IMG/VR virus record: IMGVR_UViG_3300048433_000716
Span: 1-52,616 of that record
From: a virus
Lineage: Duplodnaviria; Caudoviricetes
Strand: one strand, 5' to 3'
DNA length: 52,616 bases
The translations under genes were made by a program, and so were the position numbers. The notes below the pieces were generated by a model. The model was not told the origin of the DNA. It did not search any database and saw only the letters and a program-made list of their open reading frames with translations. The stretch's first letter is position 1. Every line of letters starts with the position of its first letter. Of the stretch, positions 26,626 through 36,732 are shown one piece after another.

Positions 26626-28632
26626 CTAAGCTCCTTTTAATTCATTTATTTCTTGCTTAAGCTCTTTGATTGACTCAATTAGCAGACCTATGATTTGGTC
26701 GTACTGAACAGTCTTATATGCCACACCATCATCCATCTTCAATGGCAACTCTTTCTCTCTTACTGCACTTGGTAGAACTTTCTCTACTTCTTGTGCAATA
26801 ACACCAGCAGATTTCTTGCCATCAGCTTTGTATGTGAATGTGTAACCATTTAGCTGACTTACTTTGTCTGTAGCATTTTCAATCTTCTCAATGTCTGTCT
26901 TCAGTCTTTCATCTGATACAGTTGTTGAGTAAGCAATTACGTCCGCATCTGCATGGAAGTCACCATCTGACTGCATACGAAATTCATTGCTGTTGTTGAT
27001 GTAAAAATTAATATCACTTGCACCAATAACAATTTTATCTTGATTGCTTGCACCTTCAAATGCTCCACTTGATGACTGCACATTACCAGTTACATAGATA
27101 CCATCTGATTCTGTTCTAAATTTCTCTGAGCCATAGTGATATAAAATTACCTTCCCAGTTGAACCATCTGCTGTAAAGTAGTTAGTTGTTCCACCTGAAC
27201 TATTGTCTGATTGTATAAAAATATCGCCATCATTTCTTGATTGACGAATATACAGATTACCAGTTCCAGTATGTTCTAGATAGGTATTACTGGCGTCATG
27301 TCGCATATTAAAGTCATCGCCAGTACCTAGATAAATGTAATCACTATCTTGCAAGTCTACGTTGCCACCCATTGTGAGTGTGCCACTAATATCAGCATTG
27401 CCATCTACATCTAAACTATCTGATTGCAATTCTCCAGTTACGTCTACTCCATCTGATTTGGTGTTTAGTTTTGAACTACCATAATGATATAAAACTACCT
27501 GTCCTGTAGAACCATCACATATAATATAATCTGCGTCTCCACCTGAACCATTGTCAGATTGGAGAATAATATCCTTGTTTGCGTCTCTTTGTCTAATGTA
27601 AAGACTACCATCTCCTTCATGGTCAATAAACGCATTACTACCACTGTGTTGAATTTGCAAGTCATTACCAGTACCCATTACAAGAATATCACCATCTTGC
27701 ATATCAAGGTTGGAACTTAATGTAAGTGTGCCACTGATATTACCTGCACCATCAATGTCTAGGCTATCTGCTTGTAGTTCACCAGTGATGTCTACCCCAT
27801 CTGTTTTAGTACTAAGTTTGGTACTTCCATAATAGTTCAGTGTCACTACGCCTGTAGAGCCATCACATTGAATATATGTGGCTAAACCACCAGCAGCATC
27901 GTCTGATTGTATGCGAATATCTTGGTTATCAACGTTTTGCCTAATAAACAAAACACCTACGCCATCTGAGTCTATATAGCTATTAGAACTATCATGATAA
28001 AGCTGTAGGTCATTACTTGCACCAAAACGTGCTCTTTCATTATCACCAAAGTTAACAAACCCACTACTGTCAGCAGTCACTGTTTTTGATGCTTGCACTT
28101 GACCTAATGTAGAAATGTCATTGTAGTTTAGCTCTGTAGCAGTTGCAGTAATAGATGTGCCACCTATCTGTAATGTTGTGGCGTCTATAGTTCCAACATT
28201 TAAATCAGCAAAAGCATCTGTTACCGCTGCTGTTGATCCACCACCATCTAAATATACTGCTTTAGTAGCCCCAGTTGGAATTGTGACATTTGATCCACTG
28301 CCTTGAGATATATTTATAGACTGACCACCAGTTGTGGCATTTTCTATAAATTGCAACCTTGATACAGTATTTGGAGCTATAGTTAATGTTCTTGTCGCAG
28401 TTAATGTTGCTGACGATGTAACTTTAAAATACATCGCTCTGGCTGGATCACTTGCTCCATCTGCCACTGTAGTTGTAGCGTTTGCATCTGTAGTAAAACA
28501 ATCTTGAGTGCCATAACTTAAACCTTCACCTATCAACTCTAAGTTAAGGTTAGTTATTGTGCCCCAAGTACCACTAGCATCGCCAGTGCCTAATTCATTA
28601 AGCCTAAGATCATTAACATATGTGCTTGCCAT
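26626..28632 (-). CDS. Tail fibre with C-terminal peptidase S74 intramolecular chaperone
   Basis: Internal repeats of about 110 aa; SDERLKTDI...GVIAQEVEKVLP...coiled coil. Confidence 0.88.
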   Translation of the reverse strand: MASTYVNDLRLNELGTGDASGTWGTITNLNLELIGEGLSYGTQDCFTTDANATTTVADGASDPARAMYFKVTSSATLTATRTLTIAPNTVSRLQFIENATTGGQSINISQGSGSNVTIPTGATKAVYLDGGGSTAAVTDAFADLNVGTIDATTLQIGGTSITATATELNYNDISTLGQVQASKTVTADSSGFVNFGDNERARFGASNDLQLYHDSSNSYIDSDGVGVLFIRQNVDNQDIRIQSDDAAGGLATYIQCDGSTGVVTLNYYGSTKLSTKTDGVDITGELQADSLDIDGAGNISGTLTLSSNLDMQDGDILVMGTGNDLQIQHSGSNAFIDHEGDGSLYIRQRDANKDIILQSDNGSGGDADYIICDGSTGQVVLYHYGSSKLNTKSDGVDVTGELQSDSLDVDGNADISGTLTMGGNVDLQDSDYIYLGTGDDFNMRHDASNTYLEHTGTGNLYIRQSRNDGDIFIQSDNSSGGTTNYFTADGSTGKVILYHYGSEKFRTESDGIYVTGNVQSSSGAFEGASNQDKIVIGASDINFYINNSNEFRMQSDGDFHADADVIAYSTTVSDERLKTDIEKIENATDKVSQLNGYTFTYKADGKKSAGVIAQEVEKVLPSAVREKELPLKMDDGVAYKTVQYDQIIGLLIESIKELKQEINELKGA

Positions 28633-28633
28633 T

Positions 28634-29056
28634 TTAGTCTATCCTTATAATCGCTGCTGCTCCTGCTGCTGGAAATACAATTCTAAATGTACCACTGGAT
28701 ACTGTGAAATCACCACCAAAGTCTAGTACTGCTATCGCTTTGTCGCCATTGGTACTATTGTAAATCAATGCACCTCTAGCAGTAAAACTTGCACTAGTCC
28801 ATGTTGGGTCATCTGCATCAAAATATGCAGTAGTTCCAGATGTATTCACTTCTTGAGTTGTAAGGGTTTCTCCCCCTGCAGTGTAACCAGTACCAGTTAC
28901 CTCGTTAGATGTAGTGTATGCAGTTGTAGTCGCACCTAATGTGGCAGAACTTGTATAAAGAGCTATCTTAATAGTATCTCCACCACTTGCTAGGTTGTGA
29001 CCTTCTTGCAATATTTCTGACTTAAAAGAAGTCGCCATTGCTTGTGTAATTGCCAT
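28634..29056 (-). CDS. Tail structural protein
   Basis: KIALYT, EVTGTGYTAGG, TARGALIYN motifs. Confidence 0.7.
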   Translation of the reverse strand: MAITQAMATSFKSEILQEGHNLASGGDTIKIALYTSSATLGATTTAYTTSNEVTGTGYTAGGETLTTQEVNTSGTTAYFDADDPTWTSASFTARGALIYNSTNGDKAIAVLDFGGDFTVSSGTFRIVFPAAGAAAIIRID

Positions 29057-29059
29057 TTG

Positions 29060-29686
29060 TTAAATACCTCCTTCGTATTCTGCTCTATAATTACGTTGCA
29101 TCTCTTGTTGAAACAAAGCTATTGCTTCATCAAACTGAGCTTTATACAAGTTTACACTATCGGGTGCCTTTAGAAAAGAGGAACTTTCATATAGGCAAGC
29201 TGACAATAAAACTTGCTCTGCATTATCTCCTATCCAATTATTTGCATTGGAAACAGATAATCCTGTCTCTAGACCTACAAAATCTACCTCATAAGCAAGT
29301 GTTGCTGAAGGTACTGGGCCCAGTAATATTGTTATACCACTTGTGTCTGCATCTTTTGTGGCATACATAAATGGTGTTCCTTGTGTAGATGCATTTGGAA
29401 CATAATCTCTTAGATATGAATCTAATCTGTGTTTTAAGTATATTACATCACTATCTGCTTTTGTTACTGATACTTGCCTAATCATCCTAGCGTTAGCAAC
29501 TGAATATTCTGCAGTGCCAATAACAAGGTTACCTGATTGTTTTTGTCTATAACAAGGTAAGCTAGGCAATCTAGCAAATATCATAGCCTCTGCTTGTGTT
29601 ATAATGTCTGGTATAGAGTTTTGAAACTCTGTACTGTCATCTTCCATAAAATTTTGTATATCTGCTACTAAGTTTGTATAATTCAT
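29060..29686 (-). CDS. Head-tail adaptor / tail tubular protein
   Basis: 208 aa, MNYTNL, GPVP and LYESSSFLK motifs, position. Confidence 0.65.
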   Translation of the reverse strand: MNYTNLVADIQNFMEDDSTEFQNSIPDIITQAEAMIFARLPSLPCYRQKQSGNLVIGTAEYSVANARMIRQVSVTKADSDVIYLKHRLDSYLRDYVPNASTQGTPFMYATKDADTSGITILLGPVPSATLAYEVDFVGLETGLSVSNANNWIGDNAEQVLLSACLYESSSFLKAPDSVNLYKAQFDEAIALFQQEMQRNYRAEYEGGI

Positions 29687-30709
29687 TTATTCACCCCAAG
29701 CTCCTGAACTCCATGTATCTTCACCAAAACCTCTATTTACCTCAATGCTTGATGTTCCTATTGCTCCAGTTCCTGCCAAGCCAGTCTCAAAAGCTTCTGC
29801 AACCCCAGCTTCTTCACCTATAGCTCCAGTTGCACCAACACCACTTACGCCAGTGACTTGTAGTAGTATGTTACCATTGCCACTTACACCAAATGCTTCA
29901 GTAGCTCCAGTGCCATTTACACCAGTCACACTTAATTCTGCTTCTGGAACGTCTGCACCTATAGCTCCTGTTCCAGCTTCGCCAGAAGGTGTGGCGTCAG
30001 TTTGGAATGTTTCTTCACCTATCGCCCCAGTTGCTGACACACCAGTCTCACTAATCTCAGATTCTGGTATCTCTGAACCAATAGTACCTGTACCACTCAC
30101 ACCAGTTACTGGAGCGTCAGTGGTTATAAAGAATGTAAATGTGCCAATAGCTCCAGAACCTGCAACGCCAGTTAATGTGTCTGTTTGTGTATCAAATGTT
30201 TCGTCACCTATAGCACCAGTACCAATTGCACTTGTAGGCTCTGCTCCAGTATCAAATGTCTCAATTCCTATAGCTCCAGTAGCTGATACGCCAGTAACAA
30301 CTACATCTTCATTATCAGAAATAACGAAATCACCAATAGCCATAGTACCAGCAACACCTGTGGCATCCACCTTCATGTCTGCTCTAATTGTATCTAGGAA
30401 ACCTACTGAGCCAACGCCTATAATGCCTACACCTTTTTGTGAGCGTTCCACTCTTGATGCAAATATATCTTGTGTACTATACCCATAATATATAGATACA
30501 TTTTCTGGATCATTGTCTGGTCTTGGTTGGAATAATGCAGTTGCATCAACAACATTTTTGGCTGGCGTTAATTGAGGATGCTTCGGTTCCCATTCGCTAG
30601 GCTCAACTCGCAAACCATCCCAAGTTGTCTTAAGATCAGTATATTTAATCTTAAAACCACTTCTATCGCTTATCGCTACTGATTTTTTGCCACTAGCTAG
30701 TTTCGCCAT
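29687..30709 (-). CDS. Virion protein with TGVSGTGAIG-type repeats
   Basis: N-terminal SDRSGF...EPKHPQL domain followed by about 11 repeats of about 21 aa. Confidence 0.72.
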   Translation of the reverse strand: MAKLASGKKSVAISDRSGFKIKYTDLKTTWDGLRVEPSEWEPKHPQLTPAKNVVDATALFQPRPDNDPENVSIYYGYSTQDIFASRVERSQKGVGIIGVGSVGFLDTIRADMKVDATGVAGTMAIGDFVISDNEDVVVTGVSATGAIGIETFDTGAEPTSAIGTGAIGDETFDTQTDTLTGVAGSGAIGTFTFFITTDAPVTGVSGTGTIGSEIPESEISETGVSATGAIGEETFQTDATPSGEAGTGAIGADVPEAELSVTGVNGTGATEAFGVSGNGNILLQVTGVSGVGATGAIGEEAGVAEAFETGLAGTGAIGTSSIEVNRGFGEDTWSSGAWGE

Positions 30710-31383
30710 TATGTAATATTCAACGCTGTTGGCTGAACCCTCAAGCTAACCCCATCATTGTCACTTGATGCCGCAAAGTTAAAAGACCTTTCATACATCT
30801 CGTTTAACACTTGAAATTTCTCTGGTGCATACTTCATAGCTAGTTTTGAAGCTAATCCTGCACATATAGTGTCATTCCATCTATAAGGTATGTCTGCATC
30901 TTGATTAGATAAAGTCACATCTTCTAGTTGGTTCATAGCCCAATAAACCATAGAATATGTGGATGTATTAGGTACTGCCCAAAAGTAAACGACTGGCGTA
31001 TATTGCCTATCAATCATATATTGACTTGGCTTGCCTTCGCTATCTTTATTAGGTAATTGGTTATAATCTTGTATTGTAATTCTGTTTATTATCTGATCTG
31101 TACCACTTGAGCTATCTCTTATGACCGCATCTAATATATCTATAGTGCCTACTGGAAGTGTATAACTTGTAGTACCATTAACTAATGGCAATGTGTTTTG
31201 TGATAAAGTCCAATAGTTTATGCCTCTATTAGCAAACTCTGAGAATAATAAATTAATACTTCTTCTTGCTGATATAGCGTGGTCACCAGTCCTTGTCTGT
31301 ATATCTATGCCACAACGCTCAAATGATTCTGTTATTATCTCTTCTACGTTAGGTCTGAATGCAACAGTTCCTGAAGTTGCCAT
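30709..31383 (-). CDS. Head-tail connector protein
   Basis: MATSGT, ARRSINLLFSEFANRG, GKPSQY motifs, position. Confidence 0.65.
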   Translation of the reverse strand: MATSGTVAFRPNVEEIITESFERCGIDIQTRTGDHAISARRSINLLFSEFANRGINYWTLSQNTLPLVNGTTSYTLPVGTIDILDAVIRDSSSGTDQIINRITIQDYNQLPNKDSEGKPSQYMIDRQYTPVVYFWAVPNTSTYSMVYWAMNQLEDVTLSNQDADIPYRWNDTICAGLASKLAMKYAPEKFQVLNEMYERSFNFAASSDNDGVSLRVQPTALNIT

Positions 31384-31385
31384 AT

Positions 31386-32171
31386 TTAAGCTCCATCATT
31401 TTGTATATATATAATATCTAATCCAGCAGACACTGCCAAGTCTGCATTTGATGAACTCGCTATTGCCCTAACTTCAATGTCTGTTTTCTCTTCGTATTTT
31501 CTTGGGTATGTAAAGGTTTGGTGTATTATGTCTTGTGATAATACAAATTTATCTTGAACATTAAATACGCCACCAAATGGTCTAGCTACTAAAGATACTG
31601 TACCATACTTATTAGCCACCTCTGTATTCATTGTTATGTCTAGTTGGTGCAAATAAGCAGTATACCCCCTTGGCACAGTCCAGGTACACATAAGTGTTTG
31701 GTTATCACCTATAGCTATAGTTGCATACTTGTTTGCAGGTACGCCAGAACTAATAGCTCCAGTTCCAGCATAAATGACGCCAGCATTTTGACCACCACTT
31801 CCTGCTGTCAATACTTTAATTCTATTGACCCTAATAAATTGATTACTTGTAGTTATAGCAGTTTGCCCTGCAAGAACAACTGTTTCAGTTAATTCATCGT
31901 AGTTAGCATCTAAACCAGATACTGCTATGGTTCTAGCACCAGTACCTGTTGAGCTATCATCAAGTGAACTACTAGACACTTTAAGGGCAGTAGCTGACGA
32001 TAAATAAGAATAAAGCCCACCTTCTGCCCATATTGTTTCTAACGAATTATCAACATCTGGGTTAAAGCCAAATTTAAAATTATCTTTGTGAAATGATATT
32101 TGATTACGAGCTACTTGAAGATAAAATGGCTCAGTAGTTCCAACCCTACTAATTGAAGATACTTGAGCCAT
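31386..32171 (-). CDS. Virion structural protein
   Basis: 261 aa, TGTGARTI and WTVPRG motifs, morphogenesis operon. Confidence 0.6.
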   Translation of the reverse strand: MAQVSSISRVGTTEPFYLQVARNQISFHKDNFKFGFNPDVDNSLETIWAEGGLYSYLSSATALKVSSSSLDDSSTGTGARTIAVSGLDANYDELTETVVLAGQTAITTSNQFIRVNRIKVLTAGSGGQNAGVIYAGTGAISSGVPANKYATIAIGDNQTLMCTWTVPRGYTAYLHQLDITMNTEVANKYGTVSLVARPFGGVFNVQDKFVLSQDIIHQTFTYPRKYEEKTDIEVRAIASSSNADLAVSAGLDIIYIQNDGA

Positions 32172-32182
32172 ATTTAATCCCC

Positions 32183-32596
32183 TTAATAATCTTTGGATAC
32201 CCTAAGAACTACATGGTAAGCGTCACCAACAGCAGCGGACCCAGTCGTGGTAAATCTTATATCACCAGTTGGGCTAGTGCCAAAAGACTTAGTAGAAGGC
32301 AACCCACCAAATTTTTCAAAGTTTTGATATCCTTGTTGATCTTCTGCAAGATGTAACATGATAATATCAGTAGAGGCGTCAGCTAATACTTCTACTGTTA
32401 AGCCATGTAGCACCCACCAGCACTCTAAAATTCTCACCCCTGTACAAGCTTCGCCATTGGCGTTAGGTGCAAGGGATGAGACGTCTATTTTTAGGACTGC
32501 TGATTCATTTCCAGTATCTACATATTGATATTGAAAAGATATAATTGCTTCTTTTGTATTCTCTTCAATAGTAGTAGTGGTTGTTATATCAGCCAT
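32183..32596 (-). CDS. Virion structural protein
   Basis: 137 aa, TGDIRFTT motif, morphogenesis operon. Confidence 0.6.
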   Translation of the reverse strand: MADITTTTTIEENTKEAIISFQYQYVDTGNESAVLKIDVSSLAPNANGEACTGVRILECWWVLHGLTVEVLADASTDIIMLHLAEDQQGYQNFEKFGGLPSTKSFGTSPTGDIRFTTTGSAAVGDAYHVVLRVSKDY

Positions 32597-32609
32597 TTAT
32601 ACCCCCTAA

Positions 32610-33062
32610 TTATTGGTCAGCAAACACTGGGGCAGTCGCAGAAGTAACAGAACCCATAACTCTATAATTTGTGCTATCAACGCCTATAAATGTCACATCA
32701 AATCCTGCTGGCACATTTATTTGCAAGCTACTGTTTGAGTTTCCATCTGAGAACACAGAACTAATTTCATTGTCAGTGTCTAAGAAAGTTACGCCACCAA
32801 TATAAAAGTTAGCGTTACCAGGTGTTATGAATATAGCGTCTGTTGCATCGGCAGCAGCTCCACCATATACAAATCTGTAGGATACCCCAGCTTCTGGTGC
32901 TGGTAGTGTATATGTGTTGTCTTGACCACCATCTGGAACAAAGTTAATTCTTCCACCATGTGTTAATTTTGTAATTGTAATGTCACCATCAGCAAGTTCT
33001 ACTGGGGCAACTTGAAATCCATTGTTAGATATAACTGGACCTGTAAATGTTGTATTAGCCAT
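32610..33062 (-). CDS. Minor capsid / decoration-like protein
   Basis: MANTTFTGPV start, TYTLPAP motif, directly after MCP. Confidence 0.6.
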   Translation of the reverse strand: MANTTFTGPVISNNGFQVAPVELADGDITITKLTHGGRINFVPDGGQDNTYTLPAPEAGVSYRFVYGGAAADATDAIFITPGNANFYIGGVTFLDTDNEISSVFSDGNSNSSLQINVPAGFDVTFIGVDSTNYRVMGSVTSATAPVFADQ

Positions 33063-33070
33063 ATTATTCT

Positions 33071-33106
33071 CCTTGTCGTGGCTAGTGTCTGCTTATGCAG
33101 TCAAGG
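33071..33106 (-). ncRNA. Structured element downstream of MCP (Mu-gpT-DE-like)
   Basis: CCTTG/CAAGG outer stem, CTGC-ataa-GCAG hairpin, located after a Mu gpT-like gene. Confidence 0.5.
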
Positions 33107-33108
33107 TT

Positions 33109-33141
33109 AAAAGTAAAAGGAGAGGAGACTAGCCCCTCTCC
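33109..33141 (-). terminator. Intrinsic terminator after MCP
   Basis: Minus strand GGAGAGGGG-ctagt-CTCCTCTCC followed by TTTTACTTTT. Confidence 0.85.
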
Positions 33142-33154
33142 ATGTGCGAGGTTC

Positions 33155-34057
33155 TTATGCTGCACCTTCTGTGCCAAAAACACCACGCCAGTCAGTGAAA
33201 CCAAAAGAATATCTTTCTCTCACTTTATAACGAATGTTTCCAGTCTCGAAGTCGCCTTCCATGCCTTTTTTCATTGGGCTTCTTTGGAACATCTTAAGTC
33301 CATCAGGCACATCAGTCTTAACAAAGAATGCATCACTGTCTGTTAATCTTCTCATCACATGATAGCCTTGTGGTAAGTATCCACCAGACTTAATAGCGTT
33401 GAGATCGTTATCAGCAGTTCCAGTTCTTAACTGACTCTCAAGTAATCTTTCAGCTACGAAAGTATAAGCAGTTGGGATAATAAGCATTGTGCCTTGTGCA
33501 GCAATTCTTAATCCTCTGTCATCCTTCATATCTGCAATGTTTATCAAGATGCTCTCTAAAGAAGTCTCTGATAAATCAGCCGCAGTAGCTAAAGTGTTAC
33601 TTTGGTTGCCATTTTGGGTTGGGTGTGATGTGCTCAATAATGAAACGCCATCGCCACCATTTGTTGAAGTAGCGTTATTTAAAACATTTGCTGCTTTGAT
33701 TTCTTTAGTAGAAGCCATAGACCTAGCTAATGCTTTTGTATAACGTGATGCAATTGACCCATAAAGACCATCTTCTTCAGCTTCTTCAGTAACTGAGAAA
33801 GCTAAAGCAATAGTTTCATGCTGATATCTAGCAGTCCACTGTTGAGATGCACTATCGTAACTTACGCTTGCACCTTCGTCTTTAGTTGGAGCCGCTCCAA
33901 AACCTGTCAACAATACATCTTCTTCAAATGCTTTTTGAGATGTGTTGCTTTCAAATACTGCAGCATACTCTGGTGGGTAACTGTCATATTCTAAGCCGAA
34001 CAAGGTATTCAAACCAGGCTCAAGCATTTTTGCAAATTGTGCTCTATTCATTGCCAT
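33155..34057 (-). CDS. Major capsid protein (Mu gpT-like, HK97 fold)
   Basis: LEPGLNTLFGLEY, GDFETGNIRYKVRERYSFGFTDWRG motifs; followed by a terminator. Confidence 0.9.
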   Translation of the reverse strand: MAMNRAQFAKMLEPGLNTLFGLEYDSYPPEYAAVFESNTSQKAFEEDVLLTGFGAAPTKDEGASVSYDSASQQWTARYQHETIALAFSVTEEAEEDGLYGSIASRYTKALARSMASTKEIKAANVLNNATSTNGGDGVSLLSTSHPTQNGNQSNTLATAADLSETSLESILINIADMKDDRGLRIAAQGTMLIIPTAYTFVAERLLESQLRTGTADNDLNAIKSGGYLPQGYHVMRRLTDSDAFFVKTDVPDGLKMFQRSPMKKGMEGDFETGNIRYKVRERYSFGFTDWRGVFGTEGAA

Positions 34058-34071
34058 TGTTTAAATCTCCC

Positions 34072-34626
34072 TTATATTCCAGCACTATCTTTGAGCAAGT
34101 GCTCATTGATAAGAACTTCCATGATTGCATTTGCACCAAAGGCGTTATCTGGAGCATCATATAGAGCTATGATTTTTGCAGTAGCCGCAGTGGCTGCCAT
34201 AGTTCCTGATATTTCAAATCCAGATTGTCCAGTGGTTGTAGAACCAGCACCCGCAACAACATCAGCACAATTACCAATGTTTGTCTGAGCAGTAGTTCCT
34301 GCAGATTGAACTTTAAACACAGTATAAGGATCGTCATAAACGTAAGCTTTAATATCTGTAGCAGTAGTTCCTGACGGCCAGTATTGTGAATAAACATAAG
34401 AGCCATCTGAAGCAGTGTATGAAACTCCAGCGAAAACGCCTATATTATTAACTTCTGTGGCAGTATGAGGTGTTACTACACCATCTGCAGTGATTATGCA
34501 GAGATCACCAGTAAAGATGTTCTCAGCTAAACCCGAAGTAATTGTATATACATTTGCACGAGAGTAACCATTACCACTAAGATGACGTACGGGTACAAAC
34601 CCAAAAGCAGCATCAACATTTGCCAT
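34072..34626 (-). CDS. Capsid cement / decoration protein
   Basis: MANVDAAFGFVPV, VYDDP motifs, immediately upstream of MCP. Confidence 0.65.
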   Translation of the reverse strand: MANVDAAFGFVPVRHLSGNGYSRANVYTITSGLAENIFTGDLCIITADGVVTPHTATEVNNIGVFAGVSYTASDGSYVYSQYWPSGTTATDIKAYVYDDPYTVFKVQSAGTTAQTNIGNCADVVAGAGSTTTGQSGFEISGTMAATAATAKIIALYDAPDNAFGANAIMEVLINEHLLKDSAGI

Positions 34627-34647
34627 TTTTTATCTCCTAGTTAATAG

Positions 34648-35130
34648 TTAGTCTTCCATAGCAGACAATTGTCTGCCACCACTAACTGAACTCTTCCTCT
34701 CTTGATAGATTCGTTGTCCAGTTCTTTGCCCTAATGCATCGAGGTCGCCTGCAAGTGATTCATTTTGTTCTACGTTCCTATTAGAGTAATAAGCTTTCAT
34801 CTGCTTATGTTTCTCTATAGGCATTTCGCATAACAACATGCCTTCAATTCCAATACAACCTTCCCACTGTCCATGATTAATAGTTGGGAACAACTTACTC
34901 TTCACAGTACTAGCAGGGCGAGCTTCCCACCCTTCACGCATTCTCTTGAATACATTGTCAGGTGTGTCCTTCCCCTGAATCGAGGTAGCTACCCATCGTT
35001 GAACATAACCAGGTCTCGGTTCTGGCGCATCCAACAATGCTGGTGGTGTCCAATGTGTCTGAGGTCTTGACTCCTCGTCTCGTACACCAGTTCGGGTTTC
35101 GTTTGCTCTCACATTTCTATTTTCAGCCAT
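34648..35130 (-). CDS. Conserved head-module protein
   Basis: WTPPALLDAP, RWV, REGWE motifs; between scaffold and capsid genes. Confidence 0.7.
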   Translation of the reverse strand: MAENRNVRANETRTGVRDEESRPQTHWTPPALLDAPEPRPGYVQRWVATSIQGKDTPDNVFKRMREGWEARPASTVKSKLFPTINHGQWEGCIGIEGMLLCEMPIEKHKQMKAYYSNRNVEQNESLAGDLDALGQRTGQRIYQERKSSVSGGRQLSAMED

Positions 35131-35132
35131 GA

Positions 35133-36059
35133 TTAACTCCTTTGACTTTTCTGAATTTCTGAAGCGTATTTTTTCAAACCTGCCTCATCATTTATTCCAA
35201 GCTCTCTAGCCATTCGTAACTGATCCTGTGTCATTCGAACCCTGTTACCTCTATACGATGAGCCACCCGTAGTTGGTGTTACTATCTTTCTACTCTTACT
35301 CTTCGTACTTTGGTCGTTACTTGATACTAACTCTGGAAACACCTTTTGTAAACGACTATTTAATTGGTTGTAATAGTCCTCTGAGTTCTTGTCGAACCCT
35401 TCCAAGTCGAGTTGTACATCTATGGCTCTAGCCGCTGCCGTTTCTCTTTCATATCCTTGAGCATTAAACCATTGGTTTTGTTGCCACCAAGTCATCGCTT
35501 TTGGAGGTGCTGGATTAACTGCAGCTTGTTGTGCTCTGCCAACTGTAGGCGATTGTGTTTGTTGTTGTTGCCTTAGTTGTTTTTGCATTTCGCTAACTCT
35601 CATAGCTGCTCTCATATCAGCTAATTGTTCTGAGAAATTAACTTGAGCGTCAGTATCGCCTTCTTCAACTGCCTTATGCAAAGCTTGCTTTGTGAGTTGG
35701 TAACGATTTTCAAACTCACTTTGTGCTCTTGCAGTTTGTTGCTCTACATTTGTGTTTTCCAATCTAGCTAACCTAGCTTGTAATTGAGCAACTTCTTCTT
35801 GATACTTCTTGGCTTCTGTTTCAGCTTGTCGCCTTTGAGCAGACATTTTGTTTAGTCTAGCTTGCACTGCTTCGCTATACTTTTTGTCTTTCTCTTCTTT
35901 GGTTTCAGAAACTTCTTCGACTTCTTCAGTATTCTCTTCAGATTTAGCTTCAACTTTCTCTTCAGCTATCTCAATTTCAAAGTCATCTGACTGAGCTTTA
36001 CGCCTAGTCTCTTCTATTTCTTTTTCAATCTCTTCTATTGCACTATTTTTTTCTTCCAT
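35133..36059 (-). CDS. Capsid scaffolding protein
   Basis: Acidic coiled coil, NQWF, C-terminal ARELGI...KYA helix. Confidence 0.72.
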   Translation of the reverse strand: MEEKNSAIEEIEKEIEETRRKAQSDDFEIEIAEEKVEAKSEENTEEVEEVSETKEEKDKKYSEAVQARLNKMSAQRRQAETEAKKYQEEVAQLQARLARLENTNVEQQTARAQSEFENRYQLTKQALHKAVEEGDTDAQVNFSEQLADMRAAMRVSEMQKQLRQQQQTQSPTVGRAQQAAVNPAPPKAMTWWQQNQWFNAQGYERETAAARAIDVQLDLEGFDKNSEDYYNQLNSRLQKVFPELVSSNDQSTKSKSRKIVTPTTGGSSYRGNRVRMTQDQLRMARELGINDEAGLKKYASEIQKSQRS

Positions 36060-36071
36060 TACAACCTCCTA

Positions 36072-36479
36072 TTATATGTATGCAGTTACATCTACGCCTT
36101 CAGGCAGTATGCTTGTAACCTCATCATCGTTTAATAAAAGAAACCTAACGCCATTGATTGTAAGTTTTTGTCCTGCATATTTACCATATGTGACCTTATC
36201 ACCTACCTTTGGCTTGTTATAGATACGCCAACTTGCTCCACTTTCTCTTTCTCTGTAAGCAAGCTCACCAATAGCTGCAACTGTTCCATGAGCAGTAAGG
36301 TATGCTTCGTTCTCTTTTGCCTTTTCTGGAAGTATTATGCCACTTTTGGTTTTCTGTTTGGCTTGGTTTGGTTGTATTAGAATTTTCCAACCCATAGGTG
36401 TTGGAAGTTGGTGGGAACCGATTGTAGCCTTTGACTCTTCATCGGTATATAGCTTTGCTACGTCATGTTGATGAGACAT
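36072..36479 (-). CDS. groES: Co-chaperonin GroES-like protein
   Basis: PMGWKILI, KTKSGIILP, VGDKVTYGKYAG, LLNDDEV. Confidence 0.9.
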   Translation of the reverse strand: MSHQHDVAKLYTDEESKATIGSHQLPTPMGWKILIQPNQAKQKTKSGIILPEKAKENEAYLTAHGTVAAIGELAYRERESGASWRIYNKPKVGDKVTYGKYAGQKLTINGVRFLLLNDDEVTSILPEGVDVTAYI

Positions 36480-36481
36480 GT

Positions 36482-36679
36482 TTATTCATCTCCTTGATCT
36501 AAGTCAGTTAATGTTTTGTCGATTATAGCACAAGCATCTTCAAGTCCTTGAGCTATACCAACGTCTTTTTGATATGATTGAAAGTCTGTTTCTCTACCCT
36601 CAATCATCTTCTCTGCTATCGCAGATTTCTGTTCTCGTAGGTTGTTCTTTATTCTCTTCAGTAGTTCTATTGTGTTCAT
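36482..36679 (-). CDS. Conserved small head-module protein
   Basis: 65 aa helical, YQKDVGIAQGL, upstream of groES. Confidence 0.7.
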   Translation of the reverse strand: MNTIELLKRIKNNLREQKSAIAEKMIEGRETDFQSYQKDVGIAQGLEDACAIIDKTLTDLDQGDE

Positions 36680-36732
36680 TTAGTTTTACCTCTCCAGACA
36701 TAGAGACGCCAGTGACCACAACCTCTACATCT

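Noticed and set aside
29745-30488. 247-aa + strand ORF with PVAP repeats
   Set aside because: Antisense shadow of the Gly/Thr/Ala repeat gene; no RBS and opposite to the operon.
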